From Balanoglossus misakiensis (Eukaryota > Animalia > Hemichordata): a stretch of 64,000 nt of DNA. The stretch spans positions 3,985,434 through 4,049,433 of the forward strand of contig CM082593.2 in NCBI GenBank assembly GCA_040954595.2, given 5' to 3'. The notes under the pieces are model-generated. The model did no database searches. It saw only the letters and a program-made list of their open reading frames with translations, and was not told the DNA's origin. Position 1 is the first letter of the stretch, and each line of letters opens with the position of its first letter. A program made the translations under genes and the position numbers. This document shows, piece after piece, positions 63,763-64,000 of the stretch.

Positions 63763-64000
63763 GTAAGTAAATGACTTCTTTAATGCACACATCCAGGCAT
63801 TGCCGCATGGGGGCGCTAAACACAGTTCTCTCTGTAGATAGCGCCCCAGTCGGCGAATTTGTACACAATCTGTAAGTTTACCCATCAATGGGAACCAAAA
63901 CTGCCGCACGCAGTCACACACGTAACCACATCTTCCAGCTCTTCCAATATCATGACCTTCGCTTTTAAAACACTATCATCTGAAATTACCCTGTACACCA

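Overview
Eukaryotic, intron-rich, AT-rich DNA, probably from an invertebrate deuterostome (inferred from gene structure only). Four genes were reconstructed by hand. (1) A RET receptor tyrosine kinase on the minus strand, 20 coding exons at 353-23533, about 1098 aa, including a 24-nt Cys-encoding microexon. (2) A 5-exon sigma-like glutathione S-transferase (minus, 36728-39083) whose catalytic Tyr appears to be replaced by a CPQVC motif. (3) An intronless SLC35G/EamA-type transporter (plus, 41065-42168). (4) The 5' part of an unidentified coiled-coil protein gene (plus, from about 46400 past the window end) with up to seven candidate alternative first coding exons, all in phase 0. Also present: a truncated LTR element with a primer-binding site, microsatellites, RFX X-boxes, an excess of TGACGTCA palindromes and a sharp drop in CpG density near 47.4 kb. 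No rRNA, tRNA or CRISPR array was seen. All exon models come from splice signals and reading frames and have no expression support.
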